A stretch of 64,000 bases of DNA. It comes from Octopus sinensis (Eukaryota). Position 1 is the stretch's first letter, and the number at the start of each line of letters is the position of its first letter. Below the pieces are notes generated by a model that did not search any database, had not been told where the DNA came from, and saw only the letters and a program-made list of their open reading frames with translations. Positions 53,392-64,000 of this stretch are shown one piece after another. Location of the stretch: positions 13,020,001 through 13,084,000 of the forward strand of contig NC_042999.1 in NCBI RefSeq assembly GCF_006345805.1, given 5' to 3'. The translations under genes were made by a program, and so were the position numbers.

Positions 53392-54666
53392 AGCAGATTG
53401 TAACATAGATAAATATATAGACAGAAATAGATAGTCAGAAGAATAGACATACCAACTACCAAACACCTAGAAAGATAGACTGCTTGATAGCTCGATAGAT
53501 ATATAGATAGATGCTTATGTTTTTTTATTGCTACTCATCACTCATTTTGTCCATTTTATGTTTCTCACCTGTACTGCCCTTTGTAAAGAATTAGCAAACA
53601 GCTGTTTTGCAATAAAGGCTTGAATGGATTGAGAGCCATATGATAAACTGGTGAAGGAAGCATGGATTTAAACTCTGCCTTATTAATTGCTCATTGGTGA
53701 AATAGCATAAAAAATATTGTTTATGGTTAAGATTTCTTAATCAATATCAGTTTCTATATTAGTGTATGCATCTTTAGTGAAATGATGATGAACTCTCTTA
53801 CAATATGACTATGTGAATTGCTGAAATTATGGTATATTGTAAATTTCACGAATATTTGAATGACAGGAAAGCTATCCTGTTTCCTAACATGCAGATTTAT
53901 TTTTCCCAAGTCATTTGATTAATTGGTCATGTTTGTAAAACAGGGGAATGCCTCAAATTTTAGAGGAAGTGGTTAATTCATTAAATTGATCTTATTACTT
54001 GACTTGCACTTTTTTTTATCAACCATGAAAGGAAGAGAAACAAAGTTAGCCTCAACAGGATTTGAAACTAGAATATAAAGAGCTGGTAGAAATATTGGAA
54101 GGTATTTTGCCAACACTCTAACAATTGTGCCTCTCCACCATCTTAAGTTTAATAGAATAAAATCTGTGAATGAATTTTGATGAATTTCTTGTGTAGTTTT
54201 AATGAAAGTTGGTCTCACATTGCTTGCATTTATATCTTTCCTGAGACATGTAAAAGTTTCCATTTGTATAATACTTGGCTGCTTGTCACTTCAAATAAAG
54301 AGTATTGAACTGATATTAAAGCCAAAATTTTCCTTTCGCTACTATTAGGATGTTTTTCATTTTTACTTTCAGGGTTAAAAAATGAATGATTACACTTATT
54401 GGTTTACATGCGAACTTTTGTTTATTTTATATCCTTCTATATGTTGGATATGCAAATTTCACGAAGTGGGGATAGACACAACTGTCTTCACACAACCTAC
54501 TTCAGATTACTCCACTAAACACAATACTCTAATAAATAGAAACTCTGAACAATGTCAACAACTTCCATGAACTCCCAATGACTCTCTTTGTCTCAACCAA
54601 TATGCTAATTTTTTTATAAGAGTTTTGCTAGTCCATTCTTCCAATCCCATAGGGGTGCCAATGACT

Positions 54667-54766
54667 NNNNNNNNNNNNNNNNNNNNNNNNNNNNNNNNNN
54701 NNNNNNNNNNNNNNNNNNNNNNNNNNNNNNNNNNNNNNNNNNNNNNNNNNNNNNNNNNNNNNNNNN
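54667..54766. other. Scaffold gap (100 N)
   Basis: Run of n; a placeholder of unknown true length. Confidence 1.
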
Positions 54767-55019
54767 TGCATTGTTGCATTGTGCATGTCGTGAGACATGG
54801 ATCCTTACATAGAACTTAAATAAAACTTAGATATGTTTCGACCAAAGATTGGTCCAGGCCATGTCTAATTTAATAGCACCACCTGATAGGATTATCTAAA
54901 TCCTTTTTCAGTCAAGTTTTGTTTATGGTCCCATTCAAATAGTAGTGAGTTGACTGAGCCTGCTGAGCAGAGGGCTTGCAAAGATGAGAAAGAAATGAAG
55001 CTTGTATGCTCTGCTGGAT

Positions 55020-55215
55020 GTTGTGTGACTGTGTGGTAAGAAGCTTGCTTCCTAAACCACAAGGTTCAAGTTCAGTCCCACTGCATTGCATGATCTTCGG
55101 CAAGTGTCTTCTACTATAGCCTTTGGTGGACCCAAACCTTATGAAGGGATTTGGTAGACGGAACTGAAAGAAGCCCAATGCAGATGTGTGTTGGTGTGTG
55201 TGCTTGTGTGTCTGT
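55020..55215 (+). mobile_element. SINE 5' half
   Basis: Diverged tRNA-like head and body. Confidence 0.8.
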
Positions 55216-55366
55216 GTTTGAAAGAAGCTGATTATAGATGTCTGTGTGTGTGTGTGTGGTGTGTGTGTGTGTGTGGTGTGCATACAAGTGAATAAAACCA
55301 GTCAAGTCAATAAACATCTTTAAAATTGCATTTTCAAACCTTTTTTCATATACATATATATAAAAG

Positions 55367-55401
<35 letters not shown>

Positions 55402-55567
55402 ATATATATATATGTGTGTTGTGTGTGGTGTATGCATTGATGTAAGATAAGCGGTTCTATAAAGCTCGAAACATATGTACCGCAACATCCTTTATGTCTG
55501 TTTTTCATTTTATTTCAATTGATACATATATATATGTATAATATATATATATACATTATATGTATAT

Positions 55568-55612
<45 letters not shown>

Positions 55613-55614
55613 AG

Positions 55615-55770
55615 CTTCTTTCAGTTGTTTGTCTATGAAAGCCACTCACAAGATCTGGGTGGTCTGGGCTATAGTAGATACTATGCAGTGGGATTGAACA
55701 CCCCCCCCCCCCCCCAATGCATGTGGTTCAGAACCAAAACTTCTTAACCACACAGCCACACATACTACAA
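55615..55770 (-). mobile_element. SINE 5' half, diverged
   Basis: Reverse complement of the SINE head. Confidence 0.7.
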
Positions 55771-56102
55771 TCTCCTCCCCAGAGGCATTCCAAAAACATA
55801 TTGTGAAAATTAGTTCTGTGAATAATTAAACACAATATCCGTGCGCATGTGTGCATGCGTCTGGCAAAGTGCTGCAAGGCACATGCAACACCGATGCAGA
55901 AAGGAGGATGCATGATAGGCACAGAGTTTGTGCCTGATAGAAGATAGTCTGTATGCATGGATACATACATACATGTATATACATACATATATATATATAT
56001 ATACATATGCCTGCATGCTGCTGGAAAAGATGGGAAAAGCTATATGGTGTGTGTTTGTGTGTAATATATATATATATATTATATGTATTTATAGATGCAT
56101 GT

Positions 56103-56172
<70 letters not shown>

Positions 56173-56308
56173 TACATATACATATTTTATATATATATGT
56201 ACATAGTTACACACACATATTACCACAGGAATATATGTAATATATATACCTAGTTGGATATACATTTACAAGTGTATGCAGGTATATATTATATAATTAT
56301 ATATATAC

Positions 56309-56419
<111 letters not shown>

Positions 56420-56446
56420 TTTATTTTAAGCAGCAGAAAATTCAAC

Positions 56447-56495
56447 AAAATCTGTTACTCTGAGTTTCTCTGTTGCCGTTCATCAGACAGTTTTT
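56447..56495 (-). ncRNA. Type I hammerhead-ribozyme-like motif in a ~140-bp TA-flanked repeat
   Basis: Minus strand AAAAACTGT-CTGATGA-ACGGCAACAGA-GAAAC-TCAGA-GTA-ACAGATTTT; stem I pairs 8/9. Confidence 0.6.
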
Positions 56496-56553
56496 GCTAG
56501 AGTATTTGAGTACTCTTTTTTCCACCTTGTTTCACATTTATGTGTTTAACTCT

Positions 56554-56591
<38 letters not shown>

Positions 56592-56604
56592 TATATATAT
56601 GTAG

Positions 56605-56636
<32 letters not shown>

Positions 56637-56724
56637 ATATATATATATATATATTATATATATATATACTTTATATATATATGTAAATGTATATATATTT
56701 TATATATATGTAGATGTATAAATC

Positions 56725-57005
56725 CTTAAATCCTTAAAAATGTTTAGCGAGCCGAAGGCCGCGGCCATGCTGGGGCCCACCGCTGAATGAGCTACACTAG
56801 TTTGTGAATCCACCTCTGATTGTGGCACTTGATCAACAAGGGAGTTCGATGCTGCTGCCCGCATCCGTGTCTCCTGTCGTGAGGTAGGTTCATCTGGGAC
56901 TCCCAACAAGAAGAGATCCAGTTTAGTTTTAAAGAAACCCACATCCACACCATGTAAGTCTCTCAGGCATTTAGGGAGGATGTTAAAGAGCTGTGGTCCT
57001 CTGAA
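56725..57005 (-). mobile_element. CR1/L2-type LINE 3' end
   Basis: FKTKLDLFLLGVPDEP C-terminus followed by a gcggtgggccccagcatggccgc terminus. Confidence 0.8.
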
Positions 57006-57374
57006 ACATATATATATATATGTATTTATATATATATATATATGTGGATGTCAATTATATATACCCATATTATATGTATGTGTATATTATATTTTGCATA
57101 TATATGTATATGTATGTACACTATACATGCTTGTACATATATATATATGTGCGTGAGTGTGATTGTATGTACATGATTAATATAAACAACAGTTTGCAAT
57201 ATTTCACCAAAAAGGAGAATTACAAATGTCACTAGATGTGACTAGGATGTTAGGAAACACCTATAATGCTAGAAATAACAGTTAAACCACTCTAATGCAG
57301 TAGTTAACACCCATGAATGAAATTTAGTAAAATTTGTATATATATGTATATATATATATATATATATACAATAA

Positions 57375-57611
57375 TAAAAGGGTAAAATTAATTAATTATT
57401 TAATTATTAATTAATAATTTTACCAAGTAGTGTTCAGTATGTAGAAAGACCATTTACGGTATATTTAAACATTACGTTATATAATTAGGGTTCAGTAAAA
57501 AATTTACTTTTCCCACACACCGAACTTTTAATAGCTAAACTTTTGGCTGCTATTTTCTAAAATTTCGGTGTGTGGTAAAGTAAATTTTTTACTGAACCCT
57601 AATTATATAAC
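57375..57611. mobile_element. MITE-like element with internal 48-bp-arm hairpin; relative at about 45275-45440
   Basis: 57476-57524 versus 57564-57611 are inverted; aagggtaaaattaattaatt terminus. Confidence 0.65.
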
Positions 57612-57694
57612 TTATATATATATATATATTTATATGTGTGTGTGTGTATGTATATATTGTGTGTGTGTGTGTGTATATATTATATATATATATA

Positions 57695-58209
57695 CTAGCA
57701 GTATCGCCTGGCGTTGCTCAGGTTTGTAAGGGAAATAACTATATAGCATTTTAGAGAGTTACTTCCCTTATAGATGCCAATTCGGGCTTTCTTAGCCATT
57801 TCTGGTTTTGGTGTCTTCAAGCCATGAAGTCGTTGTTCTAAAAGAACGCTGGTCTCCTTGACAACGCTTTACGACGTTGATTTCCTTACACTCCCTTCCC
57901 CACAGCTTCACGAGGGAGGGAGAAGGGGGAGAAGCAAACACAGGTGCAGGTGTTTGGAGCGTGGACGCCAACTCCGCCGCCATCAACACACGAAAAATTA
58001 TGCATTAAAATGGAATAAAAAAATGATGTTAATTATTTTTAAAATCGTAGACTCATCGTAGACACGCGCTAATAGCCAGACGGTCTCGATATTAATCACG
58101 ACTATAAGATACCCGAATTGGTTAAACTGCACCACAAAATGTGGGAGGAGTTAGGAATCTAAATCGTAGGAGACAGACACTCACACAACTACAGTTTTAT
58201 ATATATAGA
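57695..58209 (-). mobile_element. Non-autonomous Helitron, same family as 43494-43888
   Basis: Minus-strand TC start at 58209, 3' hairpin and CTAG at 57695-57698; shares both termini with the other copy. Confidence 0.9.
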
Positions 58210-58225
58210 TATATGTATATATGTA

Positions 58226-58611
58226 TACTTTTACTTGTTTCAGTCATTTGACTGTGGCCATGCTGGAGCACCACCTTTAGTTGAGCAAATCGACCCCAGG
58301 AATTATTCTTTGAAAGCCTAGTACTTATTCTTTTTGTCCCTTTTGCCAAACTGCTAAGTTACGGGGACGTAAACACACCAGTGTCGTTTGTCAAGCGATG
58401 GTGGGGGACAAACACAGACACACAAACACCCACACACACACACACACACATATATATATACGATGGTCTTCTTTCAGTTTCCATCTACCAAATTCACTCA
58501 CTAGGCCTCGGTCAGCTCAAGGCTGTAGTAGAACACTTAACCAAGGTACCATGCAGTAGGACTGAACCCGGAACCATGTGGTTGGTTAGCAAGTTACTTA
58601 CCACACAACCA
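58226..58611 (-). mobile_element. tRNA-derived SINE, near full length
   Basis: Reverse complement of 41428-41828. Confidence 0.9.
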
Positions 58612-58618
58612 ATATATA

Positions 58619-59906
58619 CGAGGGGCGTTCAATAAGTAATGCCTCTGACCCACTTGCAGTTGTTTGATCTAGGTGAAAATTTACATGTGCAATTATTTAT
58701 ATCTCTATAGATTAAGTGGCAAATTACAGCTCTGAACTAATTGTGGTTTCTGATAACAGGTGTTTGAACTGAGTCAAGTGTGAAATGGAGCCTGTTGAGT
58801 GTCGAGCAGTGATCCGGTTTTTTGTATTTGAAAGGACGCCCACCATGGAGACTTTTGATGAAATGAAAGTAACTTATGTGATGATGCCCCATCATATGAC
58901 CTTGTAAAACGCTGGCATCATGAATTCAAACATGGTTGGAACTCTGTGGAAAACAGCTCCCAGATCTGGTCGCCCCCCCCCCTTCTGCCATTGATGAGGC
59001 ATCTGTCCATCAATCAACTTGAGGCTGCCATTTTGGAAGATCGATGCATAACTATTCGCCAATAGCCCATGAGGTCAAGTTTAGTACCGGGTCTGTGGAA
59101 ACTATCATTCATGACCATTTGCATATGCAAAAGGTGTCTGCCAGATGGATTCCCAGGTTGCTCACAACCTTCCAAAAGCAAGAACGCGTCGAGTGCTCGA
59201 GGATGAATTTGGAGATGTGCCAAGAAGATGAGTCAAAATTTTTCAAAAGACTGATTACACAGGATGAAACCTGGGTCCATCACTATGATCCAGAGACCAA
59301 GCCCAGTCAATGCAGTGGAAGCACCGTGACTCACCTCCTCCAAAGAAGGCAAGGGTGCAGCCCTCCGCTGGCAAGGTCATGCTCACAGTCTTCTGGGACC
59401 AGGACAGAGTAGTGATGACGGATTTCCTGGCAAAGGGTACCACAATTACAGGAGCCTATTATGCTTCACTTTTGAGGAAATTAAGAGAGCTATCAAAATC
59501 AAGAGGCGGGGCAGATCAGCAAAGGCATCCTCCTCCTGCAGGACAATGCTCCTCTACAACTCGCGTTCACCAGATCAGAAGCACAGGCGTGTGGCTATGA
59601 ACTCCTCCCCATCCCCCTACTCTCCTGACCTTGCACCCTCTGATTTTCACCTCTTCCCAGCCATGAAGTTGTTTTTGAAAGGAAAGCGTTTCCAGATGAT
59701 GCAGCCTTGATTTCTGAAGTCATGTCGTGGTTGGAGTACCAAGCTGGGGTCTTCTACAAAACGATCTCCAGAGTTGCATCAAACGATGGGAGAAATGTGT
59801 AACTCTGAGTGGTTCCTATGTAGAAAAAGCTAATAACTGCGCCAAGTTTCGTTGCTCTACTGCTATGGGAAGTGGGTCAGGGGCATTACTTATTGAATGC
59901 CCCTCG
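58619..59906 (+). mobile_element. Full-length mariner (DD34D-type) transposon with frameshifted transposase
   Basis: ~37-bp TIRs CGAGGGGCRTTCAATAAGTAATGCC..., TA on both sides, 1288 bp; motifs QDETWVHHYDPE, LQDNA and YSPDLAPSDFHLF; first frameshift shortly after the ATG at 58785. Confidence 0.95.
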
Positions 59907-60039
59907 TATATATATATATATATAATATATATATAATATGTGTGTGTGTGTGTGTGTGTTGTGTGTATACATATATATATATACATTTACATGTATAATA
60001 TGTATGTATACATGCATACATGCATACATACATATGATA

Positions 60040-60070
<31 letters not shown>

Positions 60071-60689
60071 TAATAATACTAAAACTGTAGATGATCTTTG
60101 TTTTTCTCGAAATATCTCAGAAATAGTATATTTTATCTTAATTTTTTTAACAGGATCAATGGGCCACGCTTTCACGGTCCGTATTCGTACTGAAAATCGA
60201 GATCGAGCAAGCTTTTGCTTACTTCATGCAGTGCAGTATGAGGTTTCCTGATATTTGGACCCCTATTTATTAATGAAAATGATTAAACACGAATTTTTGT
60301 TTGTTATTTCTTGACCAAAAAATATACCTTCCAAGACATCAACACACATACACACATGCAGAATACACACACATATAATGAATGTCATGGCATGTGAATC
60401 AACACAAACATATGTACGCTATCTGTGACATATACACATACATAGTCCCCACACTCTCTCTCTCTCTATCACACTTTAAGAAAAAATAAAAGCGTCAATT
60501 TTTTGATGTACACACATGCTGACATAGAGAAACATCTTTTTCGTGGAGATTACTTATCATTTCATCACTTTGGATTTTATTCCATTTGATTCATTTGACA
60601 TTTGTCATCTCATTGTTGTTTTGATTTTCCTTATACAACATTACATAGAAAAATAAGCACTGATCATTTATGCCACTTGGAAAGAGACG

Positions 60690-61010
60690 GGCACCACTTG
60701 ATTCACTTGAACTGTCTGGATTACCACCACATAATCTTGAATTGAAGAGAGGATCTCCGATAAATTCAATGAGAAACTTAGATCCTCCAAGGCTTTGCAA
60801 TAGAACATGGATGATTGTACATGTAACGTATGGGAATCTAATCATAGCAAAGATCAATATTGGTGCATTTGAAAATGACATTGTTATGATTCCTAGAATG
60901 AAACTTAATACTATCAGAAGGTGAAGATATACCTATTCAATGAACCCAGTTCTCGATACAGTCATGTTTTGCAATTACAGTACATAAAGCACAAGGACAG
61001 ACCATACAGA
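60690..61010 (+). pseudogene. Helitron PIF1-like helicase fragment
   Basis: LDSLELSGLPPHNLELKRGSP..RNLDPPRLCN..IPRM, then after a frameshift CFAITVHKAQGQT. Confidence 0.85.
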
Positions 61011-61080
61011 ATATTTTGATTTATCTTGAAAAACCAGTATTCCAGCATGGCCAGCTGTATGTGGCTATAAACTTAGGAAT

Positions 61081-61395
61081 CATCATCATCGTTTAACGTC
61101 CGTTCTCCATGCTAGCATAGGTTGGTTGGTTCAACTGGGGTCTGGGAAGCCAGAAGGCTGCACCAGGCCCAGTCTGATTTGGCAATGTTTCTACACCTGG
61201 ATGCCCTTCCTAATGCCAACCACTCCGAGAGTGTAGTGGGTGCTTTTTACGTGCCAGGTGAGGCTGGCAAACGGCCACGATCGGATGGTGCTTTTTACGT
61301 GCCACCGGCACGAAGGCCAGGCGAGGCTGTCAACGGCTACGGATGGTGCTTTTTACATGCCGCGGCATGGAGGCCAATCGGGGCGGCACTGGAAT
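61081..61395 (-). mobile_element. RTE 3' UTR fragment
   Basis: (CAT)n tail and the conserved terminus. Confidence 0.9.
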
Positions 61396-61724
61396 AAGGA
61401 ATGAAAATGTTAAAGTATTTTTGAAGGAAGGCAGGTCTACCAGAAATGTTGTCATAAAAATTGTTCTTAAAATAACCAAGAGGTAAAGTTGTTTCTATTC
61501 TTTATTACAGAAAACATTATCAATATCCTTTCAGACAGTGTATTCATACTCACAATTTCCTGCAGACACTAAATTGATTACTATTGTTTGGATAGTTCCA
61601 ATTAAATAAGTCCAGAAGTTAGGGTAAATATATATACATGCATAAGAACCATAAATTCCCAGTCTACAAACTGGCAAACAATTCTGTGACCACTTTATCA
61701 GGCAACGCTGGGTAGTAAGTCTAT

Positions 61725-62165
61725 CATCATCATCATCATCATTATCATTGTCATCATTTAACATCTGCTTTCCATGGTGGCATGGGTTGGACGGTTTGAC
61801 TGAGGACCGGCAAGCCAGAAGGCTGTACCAGGCTCCAGTCTTATCTGGCAAGGTTTCTACAGCTGGATGCCCTTCCTAATGCCAACCACTCCGAGAGTGT
61901 AGTGGGTGCTTTTTACATGCCAGTCAGGCGGTAATGGCATCGACCACGCTTGAATGGTGCTTTTTACATGCCACTGGCATGGGTGCAGGGTCAGGTAATA
62001 CTGGCATCAGCCACGGCAATGACTTTGCTTGACTCAACAGATCTTCACAAGAGCAGTTTATTGCCCAATGATTGAAGGGTACTCTTAAATGAGCTGGTCA
62101 TGCTGCACTGGCACGGTCTCACTTGGTCTTCTCAAGTGCAGCATATCGCCAAAGGTCTTGGTCAC
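61725..62165 (-). mobile_element. RTE 3' fragment
   Basis: (CAT)n tail and UTR. Confidence 0.85.
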
Positions 62166-62180
62166 TCAATATGTATATTA

Positions 62181-63362
62181 TCATCATCATCATCATCATT
62201 ATTTAATGTCCGCTTTCCTTGCTGGCATGGGTTGGACGGTCTGACTGAGGGCTGGTGAACCAGATGGCTGCTCCAGGCTCCAATCTGATCTGGCAGAGTT
62301 TCTACAGCTGGATGCCCTTCCTAACGCCAACCACTCTGAGAGTGTCATGGGTGCTTTTACTTGCCACTGGCATGAGTGCCAGTCAGGCAGTATGGGCAAG
62401 GCCATGCTCAAATGGTGTTTTTTGCATGCCACTTGCAGAGGAGCCAGTCCAGTGGTACTGGCAACAACCTCACTTGAATGTTGTTTCCCACATGCCACCA
62501 GTACAAGTGCCAGTAAGGTGACGCTGGTAACAATCACACTTGAATGGTGCTCTTAATGTTCACTAGCACAGATGCCAATCAGGCTATGCTGTCATCGGCC
62601 ACATCAGCAAATTTGATTTCAATTTCACTTGCCTCAACAGGTCTTCGCAAGCAGAGTTCAGAGTCCAGTGAAAGAAAGGTACGCATAAGTGGACTGACTA
62701 CATCCCAGGTAGAGGCCACGGGTTATGGTCTCACTTGACTTGCCAGGTCTTCTCAAGCACAGCATATTTCCAAAGGTCTCGGTCACTAGTCATTGCCTCG
62801 GTGAGGCCTATTGTTCAAAGGTTATGCTTCACCACCTCATCCCAGGTCTTCCTGGGTCTACCTCTTCCACAGGTTTCTTCAACTGCTAGGGTGTGGCACT
62901 TTTTCACACAACTATCTTCATCCATTCTCGCTACATGACCACACCAGCACAGTTGTCTCTCCTGCACACCACATCTGATGCTTCTTAGGTCCAACTTTTC
63001 TCTCAAGGCACTTACACTCTGTCGTGTATGCACACTGACATTACACATTCATCGGAGCATACTGGCTTCATTCCTTGCAAGCTTACACATATCCTCAGCA
63101 GTCACAGCCCATGTTTCACTGCCATGTAGCATGGCTGTTCATACAGGTGCATCATATAGTCTACCTTTTACTCTGAGGGAGAGGCCTTTTGTCACCAGCA
63201 GAGGTAAGAGCTCTCTGAACTTTGCCCAGGCTATTCTTACTCTAGCAGTTACACTTTCAGCACACCCACCCCTGCTACTGACTTGATCACCTAGATAACG
63301 GAAACTATCAACTGTTTCTAGTTTTTCTCCCTGGAATGTGGCAGAAGATGGTCTCTGTGCAT
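62181..63362 (-). mobile_element. RTE 3' fragment (ORF C-terminus and UTR)
   Basis: MCNVSVHTRQSVSALREKLDLRSIRC...WDEVVKH; (CAT)n tail. Confidence 0.9.
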
Positions 63363-63434
63363 TATATATATAATGACTGAAACAAGTAAAGAGAAAAAAG
63401 AATATATATATATATTATATATATATATATATAT

Positions 63435-63600
63435 ATAAAACAAGTGTCTTTCAGTTTCCTTCTCCCAAAACCACTCACAAGGCTTCGATTTAGACCAAAT
63501 CTATGGGAGAAGGCACTTGTCCAATGTGCTATGCAGTGAAATTGAACCTGGAACCATGTGGTTGGGAAGTAAACTTCTTACCACACAGCTATGCTTGTGT
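63435..63600 (-). mobile_element. SINE 5' half
   Basis: Reverse complement of the SINE head. Confidence 0.75.
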
Positions 63601-64000
63601 AAATTTATTTACTTTTACTTTTATTTGTTTTTCTTTTATTTTACCTGTTATTGTCCATTTATTTTCGTAAAATGAATTCTCTTGTAGTTTTATAATTGCT
63701 GTATAAAAAAAGTGCAATTTGCATTTTGTTTTACAGTAAAAAAATTAATGAGATAATTTGTTGGAAATATTCTCTATAAATAGAAATTATATGATAAAAA
63801 CCCCACCAAAAATTCATGGAAAGCTTATTCAATTTTGTGATCATTTTATTACATTTATAAGTAAATTGAAATCTTAAAAGTTTAAATACCTGCTGCTTCC
63901 TATGCAGGAGTGGTGCTTGAGTTTAAATTAAATCAAATTAATTAATTAATTAATTAGTTAGTTAGTTAATTAATTAATTAATTTAGCTATTGTTGTGAGA

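Noticed and set aside
53570-53680. Possible minus-strand exon ending at CAG|GTGAGA
   Set aside because: A good donor, but there is an in-frame stop upstream, no convincing acceptor and no recognisable protein.
55435-55500. GCTCGAAACATATGTA, a possible fourth hammerhead with palindromic helix III
   Set aside because: The CTGANGA box is degenerate and no stem I pairing could be found.
60140-60251. MGHAFTVRIRTENRDRASFCLLHAV, weakly like a Helitron Rep-helicase linker or a short exon
   Set aside because: Similarity is too weak to call without a profile search.

Overview
Repeat-dominated, gene-poor eukaryotic window. The repeat families look like those of octopus (coleoid cephalopod) assemblies; this is inference from recall, not a database result. 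No multi-exon host gene can be supported, only a CpG-rich stretch with a CTCF-type motif near 240-730 and one possible micro-exon. The only clearly intact protein ORF is a 301-aa Merlin (IS1595/ISXO2-like DDE) transposase (51056-51961). It lies in an element with perfect 111-bp TIRs that is flanked by an 86-bp direct duplication instead of the usual 8-9 bp TSD. A ~19-kb degenerate (AAT)n array (14330-33490) has higher-order structure and contains two R4/Dong-type REL-endonuclease retrotransposons and no other mobile element. Three hammerhead-ribozyme-like motifs occur in Penelope-type termini. A tRNA-Cys-derived cloverleaf sits in the loop of a fold-back element. Also present: an 87-bp satellite (~4.7 kb), many RTE and CR1-type LINE fragments, a tRNA-derived SINE sharing its 3' stem-loop with the CR1-type LINE, Helitrons, a full-length decayed mariner, a Gypsy remnant, several palindromes and a 100-N scaffold gap. 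Most boundaries of decayed repeats are approximate.
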